Shown: positions 22,815-35,491 of the stretch, piece by piece | Layout of the letters: each line of letters starts with the position of its first letter | Position numbering within the stretch: the stretch's first letter is position 1 | Origin: Phoronis australis | Lineage: Eukaryota; Animalia; Phoronida | Assembly: GCA_002633005.1 (NCBI GenBank) | Contig: NMRA01000420.1 | Coordinates: 353,191-401,747 of the forward strand | Direction of reading: 5' to 3' | DNA length: 48,557 bases | Program-made: the position numbers and the translations under genes | The notes under the pieces: generated by a model | What the model saw: only the letters and a program-made list of their open reading frames with translations | What the model was told of the DNA's origin: nothing | The model's database searches: none

Positions 22815-25740
22815 GAATTGCTGCAGCTAAAACCACGGCATTCTCCACATGCCACCGAGTACGACTATCCTAACTTCTTGCACGTACATCTCTTGGAGCT
22901 GCAGTTGGTCTTACACGAGCATCTCACGTCTTTCAGCAGGTTCTCTGGTGCTGCTGAATGGTCCGTCGTCGTGGGAATGAATTTTCCACCTGCCAGCATC
23001 CATCCCCAATACAGCGAGTCTAGGCCACTGCCACGGAAACTTGACTGCTCTTGCTCTTGATAATATGTCCCGGCAGCATGGAATTTAGCAACTAAAGAAA
23101 GTTCGTATTAATGACTGTATTTGGACTGTGGCAAGTCCGACACCTCATCCACAATTTGCCTGTATTGCAAGTCATCCAAATTTCCAGAGCCAGTAACGCC
23201 ATGAAGCACAGATACAACTCTTACCAGCTTCAAATATGTCTTGCTTCAGCTGCATGTGTCTAGTGAATACTGTTACTAGACTTTTGCAGAATTTTCGATC
23301 ACGCAGTTTCTTGAATGGGAGAGCCTTTGCTAATACCGAACAGCTGTAATGTTGTGTTGCAACCACCTATTGCACGCGCAAATGGCAAAACTGCGCAAGT
23401 TTCGACACCAAGAGACAACTGTAGTTCCTTGATGTCGCACACTCTTCTCTTGCTTTGGTGTCTCTTGTCAAATTTCATGTTCATGAAATTTGTTGTGAAG
23501 TAGCATGGTAACGCTAAAGAACCAACAAGTCTGTATCGTCTGCAATAAGGGTAGTTGGACCTTGTGCTGCGTTCTCTACTGCTGTTTCTACAATTAAAAC
23601 ATCTGCGTTACCTTGAGCTTATACCACTGTGCAACCAGCATTTCTTAGCAAACTTGACAAGAAGTGAGTGAATCGTTTGTTTTTGCTTTTTGCCAAAAAT
23701 GTTCCTTTTTTACTTGATCACCATGTCACCATTGTTCTTCAGTTCCAACCACCCCACACAGTCTTTGAACATGAGAGACATCTTTAGTTGATGGTCCATC
23801 TCAGTAACCATCAAAAACAACAATAGGCTGGGTGCACTTGCTGATGCAATCCACATAAGCTCTACCAAATGATTGATACGTAGCACCTCTAGGCCATGGA
23901 ATACGGTGAAAGAGAGAACCGCCGTCGATTACATGCGTCACCGTGTTTGCTGGAAACTGAAATCCTCAGGTAGTCCTCCACTGGACCAGAGTGCATCAAC
24001 TAATTTGATTTATTAGCGACTCTGGGAAGACCAGATGTATCAAAAAGGACAGGGGAACCAACACACAGCTCAAACTTCAAAAGGCTTGATGAACTTTCAC
24101 TGTTGTCTTTTGCAGCTGTCAGGATTCGCTGAAATAGCAGTTGTGGATCCACTTGTGTAAAATTACTATTAGCAGCATGAACTGATTGACTTGTCATTGC
24201 CACAACTTTGTCTATCTTTCTGAATGTGAAGTCTTTCACACTTGAGCCCTCCATAGACAAGCGAACCGCCTTCCCCACTTTTCTGGCATTTTCGGCACTG
24301 ACGCATTTGCCGCAGTCACACCAGTGGCGATGTTCTGCAATGTTTCTCTTTAAAATGGGTTACTGTTGTGGAGGAATTCAACAATGCTGCGGATGTCTTT
24401 GTCGTCACGCGACTGTCTTGCCTGGGTACATTCTTTATGCTGCTGACTTGTTTCACAACTCAAGTTTGTCACAGTCTGCATGGCACCATTTATACTTGAA
24501 CATGCCGGCAAGAAAAGCAGCCACGGTGCACTCTGTGTATCTCCCATTTCGCAACCTCTAGTTAAACCTCCTGTTGTTTTAATACTTTTCATGAGCATTT
24601 GTTCAATTACAAGATCATATCTCATTATGACAAGCCTGCCCAGAATCTGTCACTTTGTCTTATGGTTTGTTGGCCGTAGACGTCTAGACGGGTGTCATTG
24701 AGTTGCTACGTCTCCTTCAGTCAAGTATATGTATGAAGATTTTGCATGAAAGTTGTGACCAGCAGCTGCAAAGTAAGGCAGCATTTCAGAAACTGCTTTT
24801 AGGTGAAGCTCCCAATCTGACGTTATTTCTGCTTTTAAAAAATTCGAAGGATGTCAATCATCTTCATATACTGTAGACAAAGACTAATGATTGGACTTTG
24901 CATGGACAAGACTGATTTATGTGCTTTGATTTTTTATGAATACCCACAAGACACTCCGAAGAGCATACGTCGTCGGAAACAGACGTCATGCCAGCAATAA
25001 GATCATCATACCGCTTCAGACCAGCTCTCAAATCATCATGAAGAATATCATTGGCCATTGATTCTTTTGACGAACTATTCTCTGCCACTGTGAATCCTGA
25101 AGACATATACTCTGATTCAGACGTGTTTGAATATACCAAAGGCAGTAGGTCTGAAACCAGAAGTGAGCTCTCGTGAGGGCATTCCACTGTAATCCAAGGT
25201 TCAGAATCGGAAGGCACTGGCTGGGCTTGGCATGCCCCATAGTATACATCTAGTTATGTGATCAGTTGGGATGTCTGAGATGTCTGAAGAATCTGTCTCC
25301 ATATTCTGACGAGCCAAAATTTGTGTACAAGCATTGAACTGCTCCACCTCTTGGCATGTAATCTGTGTGTTCTGTATTGCTGACATTCCGGACTCCTGGA
25401 ATTTCTAAAGAACCTGAATTTCTTTCTTCATAGGTTTTGGATTGGCGTTACTTGATCTGTCAATATTTGGAAGTGGGATGTTGAATGTTCTGGCTTTTAT
25501 GATAGCATTCAGTGCTGAGTCTACCAACCTATGAACCCTCACTTTTTCCATTTAACATAAGAATCACACTGTTTGATGCATACACTGTCTCAAAAACTCC
25601 TTGAAGCCCTGTGCTTGACATTATATATCCGATACATTCCAGAAAGCTCATCTCAGTATGAAATCTTCCAAGCCTGGCTAAGAACAAATGACTGCAGATC
25701 ATTATCGTTTTGTTTGCAGGCACTAAGTTCCTCTGAAATC
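22815..25740 (-). pseudogene. Academ transposase with XPG/FEN1-like nuclease and Cys-rich C-terminus, multiply disrupted
   Basis: Ordered fragments RLGRFHTEMSFLECIG; KAEITSDWELHLKAVSEMLPYFAAAGHN; DLVIEQMLMKSIKTTGGLTRG; VDPQLLFQR; VIDGGSLFHRIPW; IADDTDLLVL; GCNTT..LFGISK; CSCKTNCSSKRCTCKK..CGECRG.SC. The N-terminal part appears missing. Confidence 0.88.
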
Positions 25741-27484
25741 AGTTACCTATGTTCATTAAAAGCATGCATATTAAACAAATTGTGGGTCCTAACTATTAAA
25801 ATTTAATTAATAACTTTTTGTTACACAATCCTATTTGCTTTTCATCAAATTCAGGTGAAATCAGCAGCCAATTCTCAATACATGCCAGCAGCAGACGAAA
25901 TCGATGCTTGGGAACAACTAATAATATCTCCAATAGCAGAGAAAAAAGCCTGCCCAATTTTATTAAGGGTTTGTATAATGAATAAGCCAATAACTCCACC
26001 ACAAAAACATATTTTTCTAACAAATGTTATTTATGATACCTCAAATGAATATATTTTACAGAAAAATAATTGAGTTTGTGAAATTTATTATGAAAATTTA
26101 ACTAAAGCCTTTTCTGAAAAACACACCAACGTTTATATTATGTAATCTAAAATGTGATTAAAATTCCACATTTAGTATATAAATCTTAAAACCAAATTAT
26201 AGAAACAATCAACTCATTAACCCTGACTGTAGATTGTAAAATGTTTTTGTGTAAATGCGTATCAGGTTACAAACAAAGTTTGCAGAACGTAAATTCGGTA
26301 AATTAGGGTTTTGAATTGGCAGCCATTTTGGCGGCCATTTTGTCAGCCATCTTGATTTTTTCTCGCAAGCCAGTGACCAGTTGTAAGGTCCAGATATTTT
26401 CAATTGTCTAACTTACAAAAGAATAAAACTTTTGCCATTTTCAGGGCAAAATATAAAAAGAAATCTTGCAACATGTACCAAATTGCCATTTTGGCCGCTA
26501 TTTTGGCCGCCATTTTGTCGGCCATATTGGTTTTATTTTACGGAAAATTGGCATCTTTTGATTGGTATGCCTGTTATGAAAAGTATATAATCAATGACAA
26601 GCTTTATTGTTTTATTTTTAGCTGTTACATAAGAGTAATATGCCAGAAAACCGTAATCACCGGTTTTGTCGGCCACTTTGTCCGCCATCTTGAAAAACCG
26701 ACTTCCGCCACTCCGATTTTGGTAGATTTTTTTCTGACACCAAGGGTTGTTTGAAGATGCCATTTATGCAAAAAACCTTCTGTTGCAATTTTTTGTAGGT
26801 TGGGCCCTCTGGAGACCTAGAATGACTGGACTAGTAGGCTACAAAAAGTATCGATGGCAGATAAAGCATTCACTCCTTGACCTAGGTGTTCCCATTAGTA
26901 TACAGATAGACTTTCAATTGACCCAGGACAGTACAGACGGAGAACACTCACAATATATAGCTTAGCAAATCTAAATTAACAATTGGGGGCAATGTTAAGG
27001 AAAACGTTTCGTCTGTCCACGAACGGTTCACCATTTTGTTTTCTAAAGTTAGCCCAAATCAAAAATTTGAAAAGACTATTAGTTTGATATCACTAAAATC
27101 ACCGGAAAATGGGGGGTCCTGATTAATTGGACCCTCCCCCCTGGATCCGCCTGTGCTCAACTGAGTTGTCTAAATCTTTTGTGTACTTGTTTCGTTGTTA
27201 TATTTACAGTATCATCATTACGAGCTCTTCTTTTGACTTATGGGCTGCCTAATAATATAAATAAAACTAGGCCCTTAATTCAGTCCAAATATTGAGGGAC
27301 TTGCACGTAATGATCCATACTTATCTTCAGTAATTTTAAGAGTTCAACAAAGAAAACTTACATAATATGCATAGTAGATTTAGGGAACAGTAGAGTCGCT
27401 ATTTGGAACTGATTGATGCAGCCGGGCACTGGACCCCAAGCATCCGTGCCTGTGAAGGGATCTGGAATGCCGGTTAGTGAATCG

Positions 27485-28367
27485 TAGACCGGGATCCCAG
27501 AGCTTTTTGGGCATGAAAAGGTAACCAATTTTCTTTGGTGCCACAGTGCTCTATGGGTATCCTGATGCCGTCTGTCAGGTTTGTTTTGGTGGGTGTGGTC
27601 AGGGGAGCCAAGAGAATTACACTAAAAAATTGAGCTAGATCAACTTTTCTGGTAACCACTTAAAACTGCCTTCAACACCTGCTACGTCATCCATTGTATC
27701 AAAATTGGTCACTGCCAGACAATTTCAGTGGTGGGTAGTACCTGCCAGACGAACATATACAGGGTACAAAAATTGAGCTAGATCAATCCGAGAGGTAACC
27801 GTTTGAAACCAGTAGCAAAATATTCACCGTAAGCCCAGGTATCACGAATGAACACTGCCAGACAAATCTAGTGATGGGTTACCCCCGCCAGACACGCCCA
27901 AATACCAGAATTGAGCTAAATCAACCCATCAGGTAACCGTTTGAAACCAATTGCACGATGTTCAGCACCACTGAACATGGAACAACAGTTAGATGCCAGA
28001 CAATATCAGTGGTGGGGTGGCCCTGCCAGACGATTATCAAAAAGGGTTAAAAATTGAGCTAGATCAACCCAAGATGTAACCGCCTAAAACTAGTTCCAAA
28101 ATATTCACCGTAAGCCTAGGTATCACGAATAAACACTGCCAGACAAATGTAGTGGTGGGTTAGCCCCGCAAGACACGCCCAAATACATGAATTGAGCTAG
28201 ATCAACCCTGAGGTAACCACATAAAACCAGTTGCAAAATATTCGCCGTAAGCCCAGGTATTAAGAATAAATACTACCAGACAAATATAGTGGTGGGTTAT
28301 CCTCGCCAGACACGCCCAAGTACCTGAGTTGAGCTAGATCAACCCGCCAGGTAACAGCTTGAAACCA
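27485..28367 (+). repeat. Left TIR (883 bp) containing a 138/143-bp tandem array
   Basis: AATTGAGCTAGATCAAC-type unit heads at 27628, 27771, 27909, 28052, 28190 and ~28327; each full unit carries two GCCAGAC-type motifs around GTGGTGGG. Confidence 0.93.
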
Positions 28368-29574
28368 TTTGCATAATGTCGAGCAACATTCTGCATGCAA
28401 AAATGATACTTTACAGACATTTTCAGCGGTGGGGCAGGAACGAGCAGAGGTTTGGTCGATGTAGGGGCGACTTTAGACGCCCCTATCTCTCTACTCAAAT
28501 GAATATATCCCATTTAGGCCCGTAGCCAGCATTGAGCGAGGGTGGTTCAAATTTCAAGAACGGTGGATCTTGGTATTCTGCAAACGTCGACACTGTAGAG
28601 TTTTCGGTGATGCCTTTTACACAGCTTAATTAGGGGGAAGGGAAATCTGTATACATGATGACGACTCATGTTCATGAGATGAGAAGGAATTTGTAATACC
28701 AGATACGAGGATGCTGTGACGGTTGCTCGCGAAGAACGGGACACAAATTAGGATGTAATGTGGTCCAAAAAGAGAACACTCTCGCGTTATTTCCTGCCGA
28801 AGTTTCAAATCGGCCATTCTTAAATGAGTGATTACACCTCATTGCATACTCAGACGGAAATGTGAAGTCTACTTGGCGAATGACTTAACAAAATTGTATA
28901 TCTGGTTGTATTTTAGCGTGTTACTTAAGTTGCTTACATCGCTGGAAATGGGGACATCCCACTATTTCGAAAGTTTACTACTCGGAAGTTTCACTGACTA
29001 TTCTGAAGGTTCACTACTTCAACGATTTACCACTTCAAAGATTCACAGCTCCAAAATATCTAAACTTTCAGACTCAGATGTAATTTTTAAACTTTTACAT
29101 GCTAAAATGAACGATGTTTCAGCTATTATATGCACCTATACCAAAAACAACGCCCGGGCACTAAAACACTTTGGATTTTATGTAGACAGTGACCACCGTC
29201 TCCAGCTGGCCAACACAACCAGAAACGGTAGTCAGATTTCATGCACATGCGAAATTGCCCGCATGTCTTAAAATGAGTACGCACTTGCATTTTAAAATGA
29301 TATGAAGTAGGAATACTGATGAATTATCAGTCATGACACAATTCATCAAATCCATGTCAAGATCGAATCGCAGCGCGACGCACACAGCCTGGTCGAAATT
29401 AAATGAAGTTACTAGGCCACCCTGTCCCTGCCAGTGCTCACGGAGTCAGGGAGTCCCATTTAGTCTTCTTAAATTTGAAACCGCCGTTGGTCGCCGCAGC
29501 CGTGCCCCAGATGTTGTCTCTGCTTGAGAATGAGTCGTGATCACACAACCAAAGTAGTGAACTGTTGGAATTCT

Positions 29575-29973
29575 GGGCCCAGTCTCGAATTTTTACTCGA
29601 AATGGAACTCGAAATAATGTTTGGCATTTTTTAATCTACTTTTGTGCGAACTCAAGGTAAGTGTCCATTACTTAATGCTCGAATACATAATGACTTACGT
29701 GGATGATTGATTAGTTCTAGTTCGCTGATGACAAATCCAACATTAAAGCTAAGAGTTTGAGTTTAAACTCGAAATTTCGAGTTTTTACTCGAGTTTGTAG
29801 CACGCAAATAAGGGTTTTTAAGTGCAAACTTGGACTAGAAACTCATATGCATAAACTATAATTATTCGAGCACAATCTGATAACCACTTATCTTGAGTTC
29901 GCACAAAAGGAGCAGAGAAATTGCCAAAAATAATTTCCAGTCCGTTTTGAGTACAAAGATTAGAACCGGGCCC
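29575..29973. mobile_element. ~400-bp palindromic MITE nested in the foldback element
   Basis: GGGCCC ends; diverged ~140-bp arms including CTTTTGTGCGAACTCAAG.TAAGTG versus CACTTATCTTGAGTTCGCACAAAAG; flanks CTG/CGG if the termini are taken as GGCCC...GGGCC. Confidence 0.7.
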
Positions 29974-31497
29974 GGGTTTGGAATAGTGGAAATTCAAAGT
30001 AGTGATCTTTAGAATATTACGAACCTTCGGAGTAATGGGCATTTTGAGTACTGGACCTTCGGAGTATTGAACCTTCGTCATAGTGACATGGAACCCTGGA
30101 AATCTTTTCCATCTAGTTTGTGGCTGATATGAAGTCCGCAGGGTTGTGCACCATTGACATTGATTGACTAGAGAAGATTTTCATTGACCGAAGTTGAGGT
30201 CTATGTCTTCCTTTCCATCATTACGTGAAAATGCTCAACGGTGTATTCTCAGTGCAAGAAAACACAGTAGTTGAAGGTCTGGCTTTTAGCACGACGGAGG
30301 ACTGCCTATAATGAACTTAATGTCAGCATGTACTGAATTTAAAAGAACAGAAACCTTCAAACGTGTACACGCATGCATGTCAATCCATCAATCAATCAAA
30401 GTGGGCATTGGTTGAACAATATATTTGACGATCACTTTCAATTCAAAATTTGAAAATGCTTACTCTTCTACCGTATCAAGGTTGCAATTAAACCAAAAAT
30501 AGCAGAAAAACAAATCTCAATTTTTCTGCTGTTTTGTTTCTTGGCCGAGTTTAAGGCATTCACTCCGCACTACTTTTTGGGAGTTCTCTCGTTGTTATTT
30601 ACATTAACATGGAGCTTACTTAGGTCTTTGGGCTAGACTTTTATGCTTAGGTATAGACATTAACTTCTAGACTCACTTGTTACCCTTTGTTTTAGCCACC
30701 ACGCGCGTGGTTCATGAATAACATAAAGCCTCCTCTTATCGTATGCACAATCCTGTCATCTACACAAACAGCTGTACTTGGGCGAAGTTTGCCGAGTTCG
30801 GTCCGACGCCACGTGACGCGGTTTGAATCAGAAGCGAATTCAAAATTATTGCTAACTTAGTTATCATTGTAGTTAGCATCAGTACCTTCAACAATTTTGT
30901 TGTTATTGTCCAATTAAACCATATCTTTAACGAATATGCTGGGGGGTGGACCTTTTCAGCGGGCTCGGGGGTTCGATCGAACCTCCCGAACCCTCCCCCC
31001 GGCTACTGGCTATGGGCCTGTACTATTAATAATAAAAGTAAAAAAAGGTGAAGCATAAACTAGATTCTTTAATTAATTCAACTGCAATTCAGTCACTATT
31101 TCCAAAAATATTATACATAGTGGTTGGATACCCCCTTCCCCAATGTGGATGCCCGGGTCCGTCGCCACGGTGGCTTAGCACCATATACAATGTACAACAT
31201 CTATGAATAATGAATTCGAACGTGTTTTATGTTAACTATGAAGACAAAAAGCGAACAGTTCCATTGCCCGCATATCTGTGAAATGATTGTCAATCTAAAT
31301 AAAATGAAAAAGTAATAGGACTCGTTATACCCACGAATCAGTTGTGAATAACATATTCGCAACATGAACAGAATTTTTTATCTACGTTACAGCTTTGATA
31401 GTTTCCACGAAATCTAACGTGACCATACGTACCCAATATCACGTGCCGCAGAGGTGTTTTCAACCTTTTTGGAGAACACCATATCAAACATAAAACA

Positions 31498-31820
31498 TAC
31501 AGACTGTTTCAAAGAGAGGTCAACAGCCGATCTATTGAAGTTCTAGCCCTTCCTCGCTCGTAGCACTGAGAACGCACCGTTTTCCAGCGCTTCACGTAAT
31601 ATTGGGTTTGCCAATTTCAACTTTTGGTAAAACAATGTTGCCCATCTTGCATAGTTTGGGCAGTCCAGGGCAAAGAATACATCTAGCGTAGTCGGGAAAA
31701 TGTTGATATAGCCACTGAAGTCATTGTTCTTGACGCATCACTGGAGTTCTCTGTGGGCTCGGTTTATGAGAAAGACGAAGATTTCCCAAAACTGACCAGT
31801 TTTGCCAAATTTGCCATTAA
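31498..31820 (-). pseudogene. Academ-type transposase fragment (not in the ORF track)
   Basis: Manual translation gives EIFVFLINRAHRELQ*CVKNNDFSGYINIFPTTLDVFFALDCPNYARWATLFYQKLKLANPILREALE, a frameshift, then GAFSVLRARKG*NFNRSAVDLSLKQS; NYARW is encoded at 31642-31656. Confidence 0.8.
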
Positions 31821-32356
31821 TCACTGTGTGAAATGAAGGTAGATGGGGCGCAAACATAACACAGGCGACAGCAAAAGACGGAATTTTGGTTATTATTCCT
31901 TTCAGCAGTTGCATCAAATGACTCGTCCGAAAACAAAAGGACGCAGTTTAGACTGGTAAAATAGGACAAAGAAAAATGGAAATTAGTGCAAACACAATGT
32001 GATATCCGTCTTGGACGGGTTTTTAGGTTTTGTTTTTCATACATGTAGTGACTTATGTGGAGTAATCCGCTGTGTTCGCATGGACTTGTGAGGTCGCTCC
32101 AAGCTCAGGCGCGATTTTTCTGGTTTTCATGCCCTGACATAAACTTGCTGACAAAAATCTCTCACCTTGTGCGGTGACCTACATGTATGTCGTACAGACT
32201 TAGTGGCTGTATTGAAAATTGAAGTGGCCTGGTTCCTGATTGTGATGCTTATTCAGCGTGAATGCGCTTATAATCAATTTTGTTTCGACTCTTTATTTGT
32301 CTGATGGAGGAATCTTACTGTTTTGCCACGTGCAATGAGGCTGAAAATCGGGCGCT

Positions 32357-33252
32357 TGGTTTCAAGCGGTTTCCTGGTGGGTTGATCTAGCTCAACTCAG
32401 GTACTTGGGCGTGTCTGGCGGGGATAACCCACGACTAGATTTGTCTGGCAGTATTTATTCTTGATACCTGGGCTTACGGCGAATATTTTGCAACTGGTTT
32501 CATGCGGTTACCTCTTGGGTTGATCTTGCTCAATTCATGTATTTGGACGTGCCTGGCGGGGCTAACCCACCACTAGATTTGTCTGGCAGTGTTTATTCGT
32601 GATAACTTGGCTTACGGTGAATATTTTGGAGCTGGTCTTAGGCGGTTACCTCTTGGGTTGATCTAGCTCAATTTTTAACCCTTTTTGATAATCGTCTGGC
32701 AGGGCCACCCCACCACTGAAATTGTCTGGCATCTAACTGTTGTTCCATGTTCAGTCATGCTGAACATCGTGCAGTTGGTTTCACACGGTTACCTGATGGG
32801 TTGATCTAGCTCAATTCTGGTATTTGGTCGTGTCTGCCGGGGATAACCCACCACTAGATTTGTCTGGCAGTGTTCATTCGTGATACCTGTGCTTACGGTG
32901 AATATTTTGAAACTGGTTTCAAGCGGTTACCTCTTGGATTGATCTAGCTCAATTTTTGCACTCTGTATATGTTCGACTGGCGGGTACTCCCCACCACTGA
33001 AATTGTCTGGCAGTGACCAATTTTGATACAATGGATGACGTAACAGGTATTGAAGGCAGTTTTAAGTGGTTACCAGAAAAGTTGATCTAGCTCAATTTTT
33101 GAGTGTAATTCTCTTGGCTCCCCTGACCACACCCACCAGAGCGAACCTGCCAGACGGCCATTTCCATGTATCAGGATACCCATAGAGCACTGTGGCACCA
33201 AAGAAAATTGGTTACCTTTTCATGCCCAAAAAAGCTCTGGGATCCCGGTCTA
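32357..33252 (-). repeat. Right TIR (896 bp)
   Basis: Reverse complement of 27485-28367 with the same unit order; roughly 90-97% identity by eye, plus an 11-bp indel near the terminus. Confidence 0.93.
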
Positions 33253-35491
33253 GGGTGGGTTGTGGTGAATGAAACTGGGGCAACAGGGGTAGGGGGTTGA
33301 AAACCAGCAAGAGACGGAATTCCTGTCTGCAGTCCAGTAAACCTGCCTTCTATGTCCCCATAAAACAGACAAAATGCCTATAGAATACATAGTGCATTTA
33401 GAGTGGTTGAATTACGTTGCTTTCAAGCTCTCGTAAACCATCCACATTTTATTAAAGTAACATCAGTTTGTTAAAGGCATATTGAGCCTACATCGCCATG
33501 TAAAAATGGCCAACTTCAAAGGAAATAACATAAGGACGCCTTATTTCCTAACTTATTGTTTTAAGACTCGTGTCAAAACAAAAATCTAAATAAACAACAT
33601 CGTGACTGAGTGTAACAGGTTTTCCAAGGTAATACACATACTACCGAAGTACCCACCGATGTAGAGCTCAATATGCCTTTAACATAACACTTCCTTAAAC
33701 ACTTCTTATGGCAAATTATCAAGCAGGTTACCAAACCATGTAATTAATATTCATTATGCATTGAAGAAAATAAATATCAACCTCAAACTGTAGTCAAAAA
33801 GCGATGCATCTCCGCCATATATCTCTATTACACGCTTCGTTAAATTATCTTTTAGACCTAAATGTATTAAGACTGCAGAGAGAAATGAAAAACAGTGTTT
33901 AGAAGAATTTATGGGCTTAGAATAAACTAATCGGTAATTCCAAAAATCATGCAAACCACCCAGCCCATCACTGGTTGACTGGTAACAGTTAGGCGAAAAA
34001 CATCCTTTGTTACAATCGTGAACAACACCTATCATAGTCAGTGAGGAAGCGAAAAAAGAAAAAGTGAATTTCCATTTAACTGTTGCTGAAGCCGTAGACA
34101 GTGCAAAAAGCACCGTTCCTATTTTGCCGACACAAGCCATCATGTCTTGCCGTATTTGTTAATAGCGAATGTACAAATCTCAATGCGCATGCCCCACACC
34201 AGTTCCTCTCTATTGCATTCTGGGATAGTATGTGTGCCTAGCAGCAGCGTGAGAGTTTCTATATACAGAAGAGACTATTATATTTAGCTGCCGTTTTCAA
34301 TTAATAAGACTTGAAAAATATGTTACAAATTATCAGTATCTTATAAAAATTATAATTTTAAAAATTCGTACAATCCAAGATATATGCTTACACTAGTTTA
34401 CATGGCCCTGGTATCCAATCTCGGTGATAAGACTCGAATCATACTCAAACTCACTGCACTTCATTGCCGCCAATTTTTCAAGTCCTTCTTACTGGCAAAT
34501 GCTAATCCCATGTTGACGAGTCATTACAAGGGTCAAAAGCAGCTGTGGGGTGGGGATTGCCGTGATTGAAGTGCGTGTGTAACGGTTTGTTCGACATTAA
34601 CGGTAGTCCGACTGCCCGGGATAGCAATTTGTTGGTCTGGACAAGCTCACGGCCGACCAGCTTGTCCGACAGGACAAGTTAAATTTTTGGAAACTATAGT
34701 AAGATTGGACTATCAGAACTTTTTCGAAGCGGCAGGGATAACTCACTTGTTTAGTCATCAGTGTCGGTAATATGCGGTGCATGGCAAATCGTCAAAGTGT
34801 TGTTTAGATAATGCAGGAGCTCATGACTGGACGCGATCCAAGGCACTTGTATTCGAATAGTTCTAGCCAAATACACGGCAGTATCTCACGTAATCTGGCA
34901 AAGTTTTCATTTTAACTAGGTCCTAGCGTAGTTCCAAGCGTTTTGAACTCACGCCAGTTTTAGTGAAACCGGGACATTGACTTACTATAGTGGTAAAATA
35001 CGTATTCTCATGCCCTTTATTGAAGGAGACACAGGCTTGCAAAGATCACGTCCGTGGCCAACCTTTCTGTGATTCCCCGTGACAGTACACGAAACATGAC
35101 CACCATGTACATTGAAATAAAACGACGTGGTCCCCTGCGACTCCAAGTCGTCGCTGTACCCGTCTTGCTAAACGCATGTTTTTAATAACTTCACTCCTGA
35201 CACCAAAATGGAAGCGCCCAACCAAAGTCAAGAGCGCAAAAAATCAACTTGTCATTAGCGCAAGTCAAACATTCTGTCCACGCTCCACGTGGATAAAAAC
35301 TGTTTTTTTTGAACTTTTGATTTGCCTGATGACTTTTTACAAGATGTATTTTTGCTTCATTATTTTGGCACCCGACTGAGCACCCCTATTGCCTAAAAGT
35401 GGTATCGTCCGATTGCTGGGCACGTGCAGTGTCGGCTTTGAATTCAAAAAGAAATACTGTATAAGCCTACAATGTATATAAAATGTCACAC

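Larger units (their letters stand above)
21732..26833 (-). mobile_element. Academ-superfamily DNA transposon, decayed, 5102 bp
   Basis: Imperfect ~150-170-bp TIRs T(T/A)GTCCAGTCATTCTA...TAGAATGACTGGACTA; 3-bp TSD GTA (21729-21731, 26834-26836); internal Academ transposase pseudogene. Confidence 0.9.
27485..33252 (-). mobile_element. 5768-bp foldback-type DNA transposon with very long modular TIRs, probably an Academ derivative
   Basis: TAGACCGGGATCCC...GGGATCCCGGTCTA ends; ~890-bp TIRs; splits a host duplication whose paralog is uninterrupted; internal Academ-type transposase fragment. Confidence 0.88.

Noticed and set aside
27628-28367. CRISPR-like alternation of conserved boxes and variable segments
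   Set aside because: The period is ~140 bp, several variable segments are homologous to each other, the array is mirrored in the other TIR, there are no cas genes and the context is eukaryotic.
28828-29271. 147-aa ORF inside the foldback element
   Set aside because: GTG start and no recognisable motif; could be chance or an unrecognised transposon fragment.
28515-31020. Possible nested hAT-like element (AGGCCCGTAGCCAG / CTGGCTATGGGCCT)
   Set aside because: Only a 14-bp inverted match with no convincing 8-bp TSD; the ends may belong to separate small insertions.
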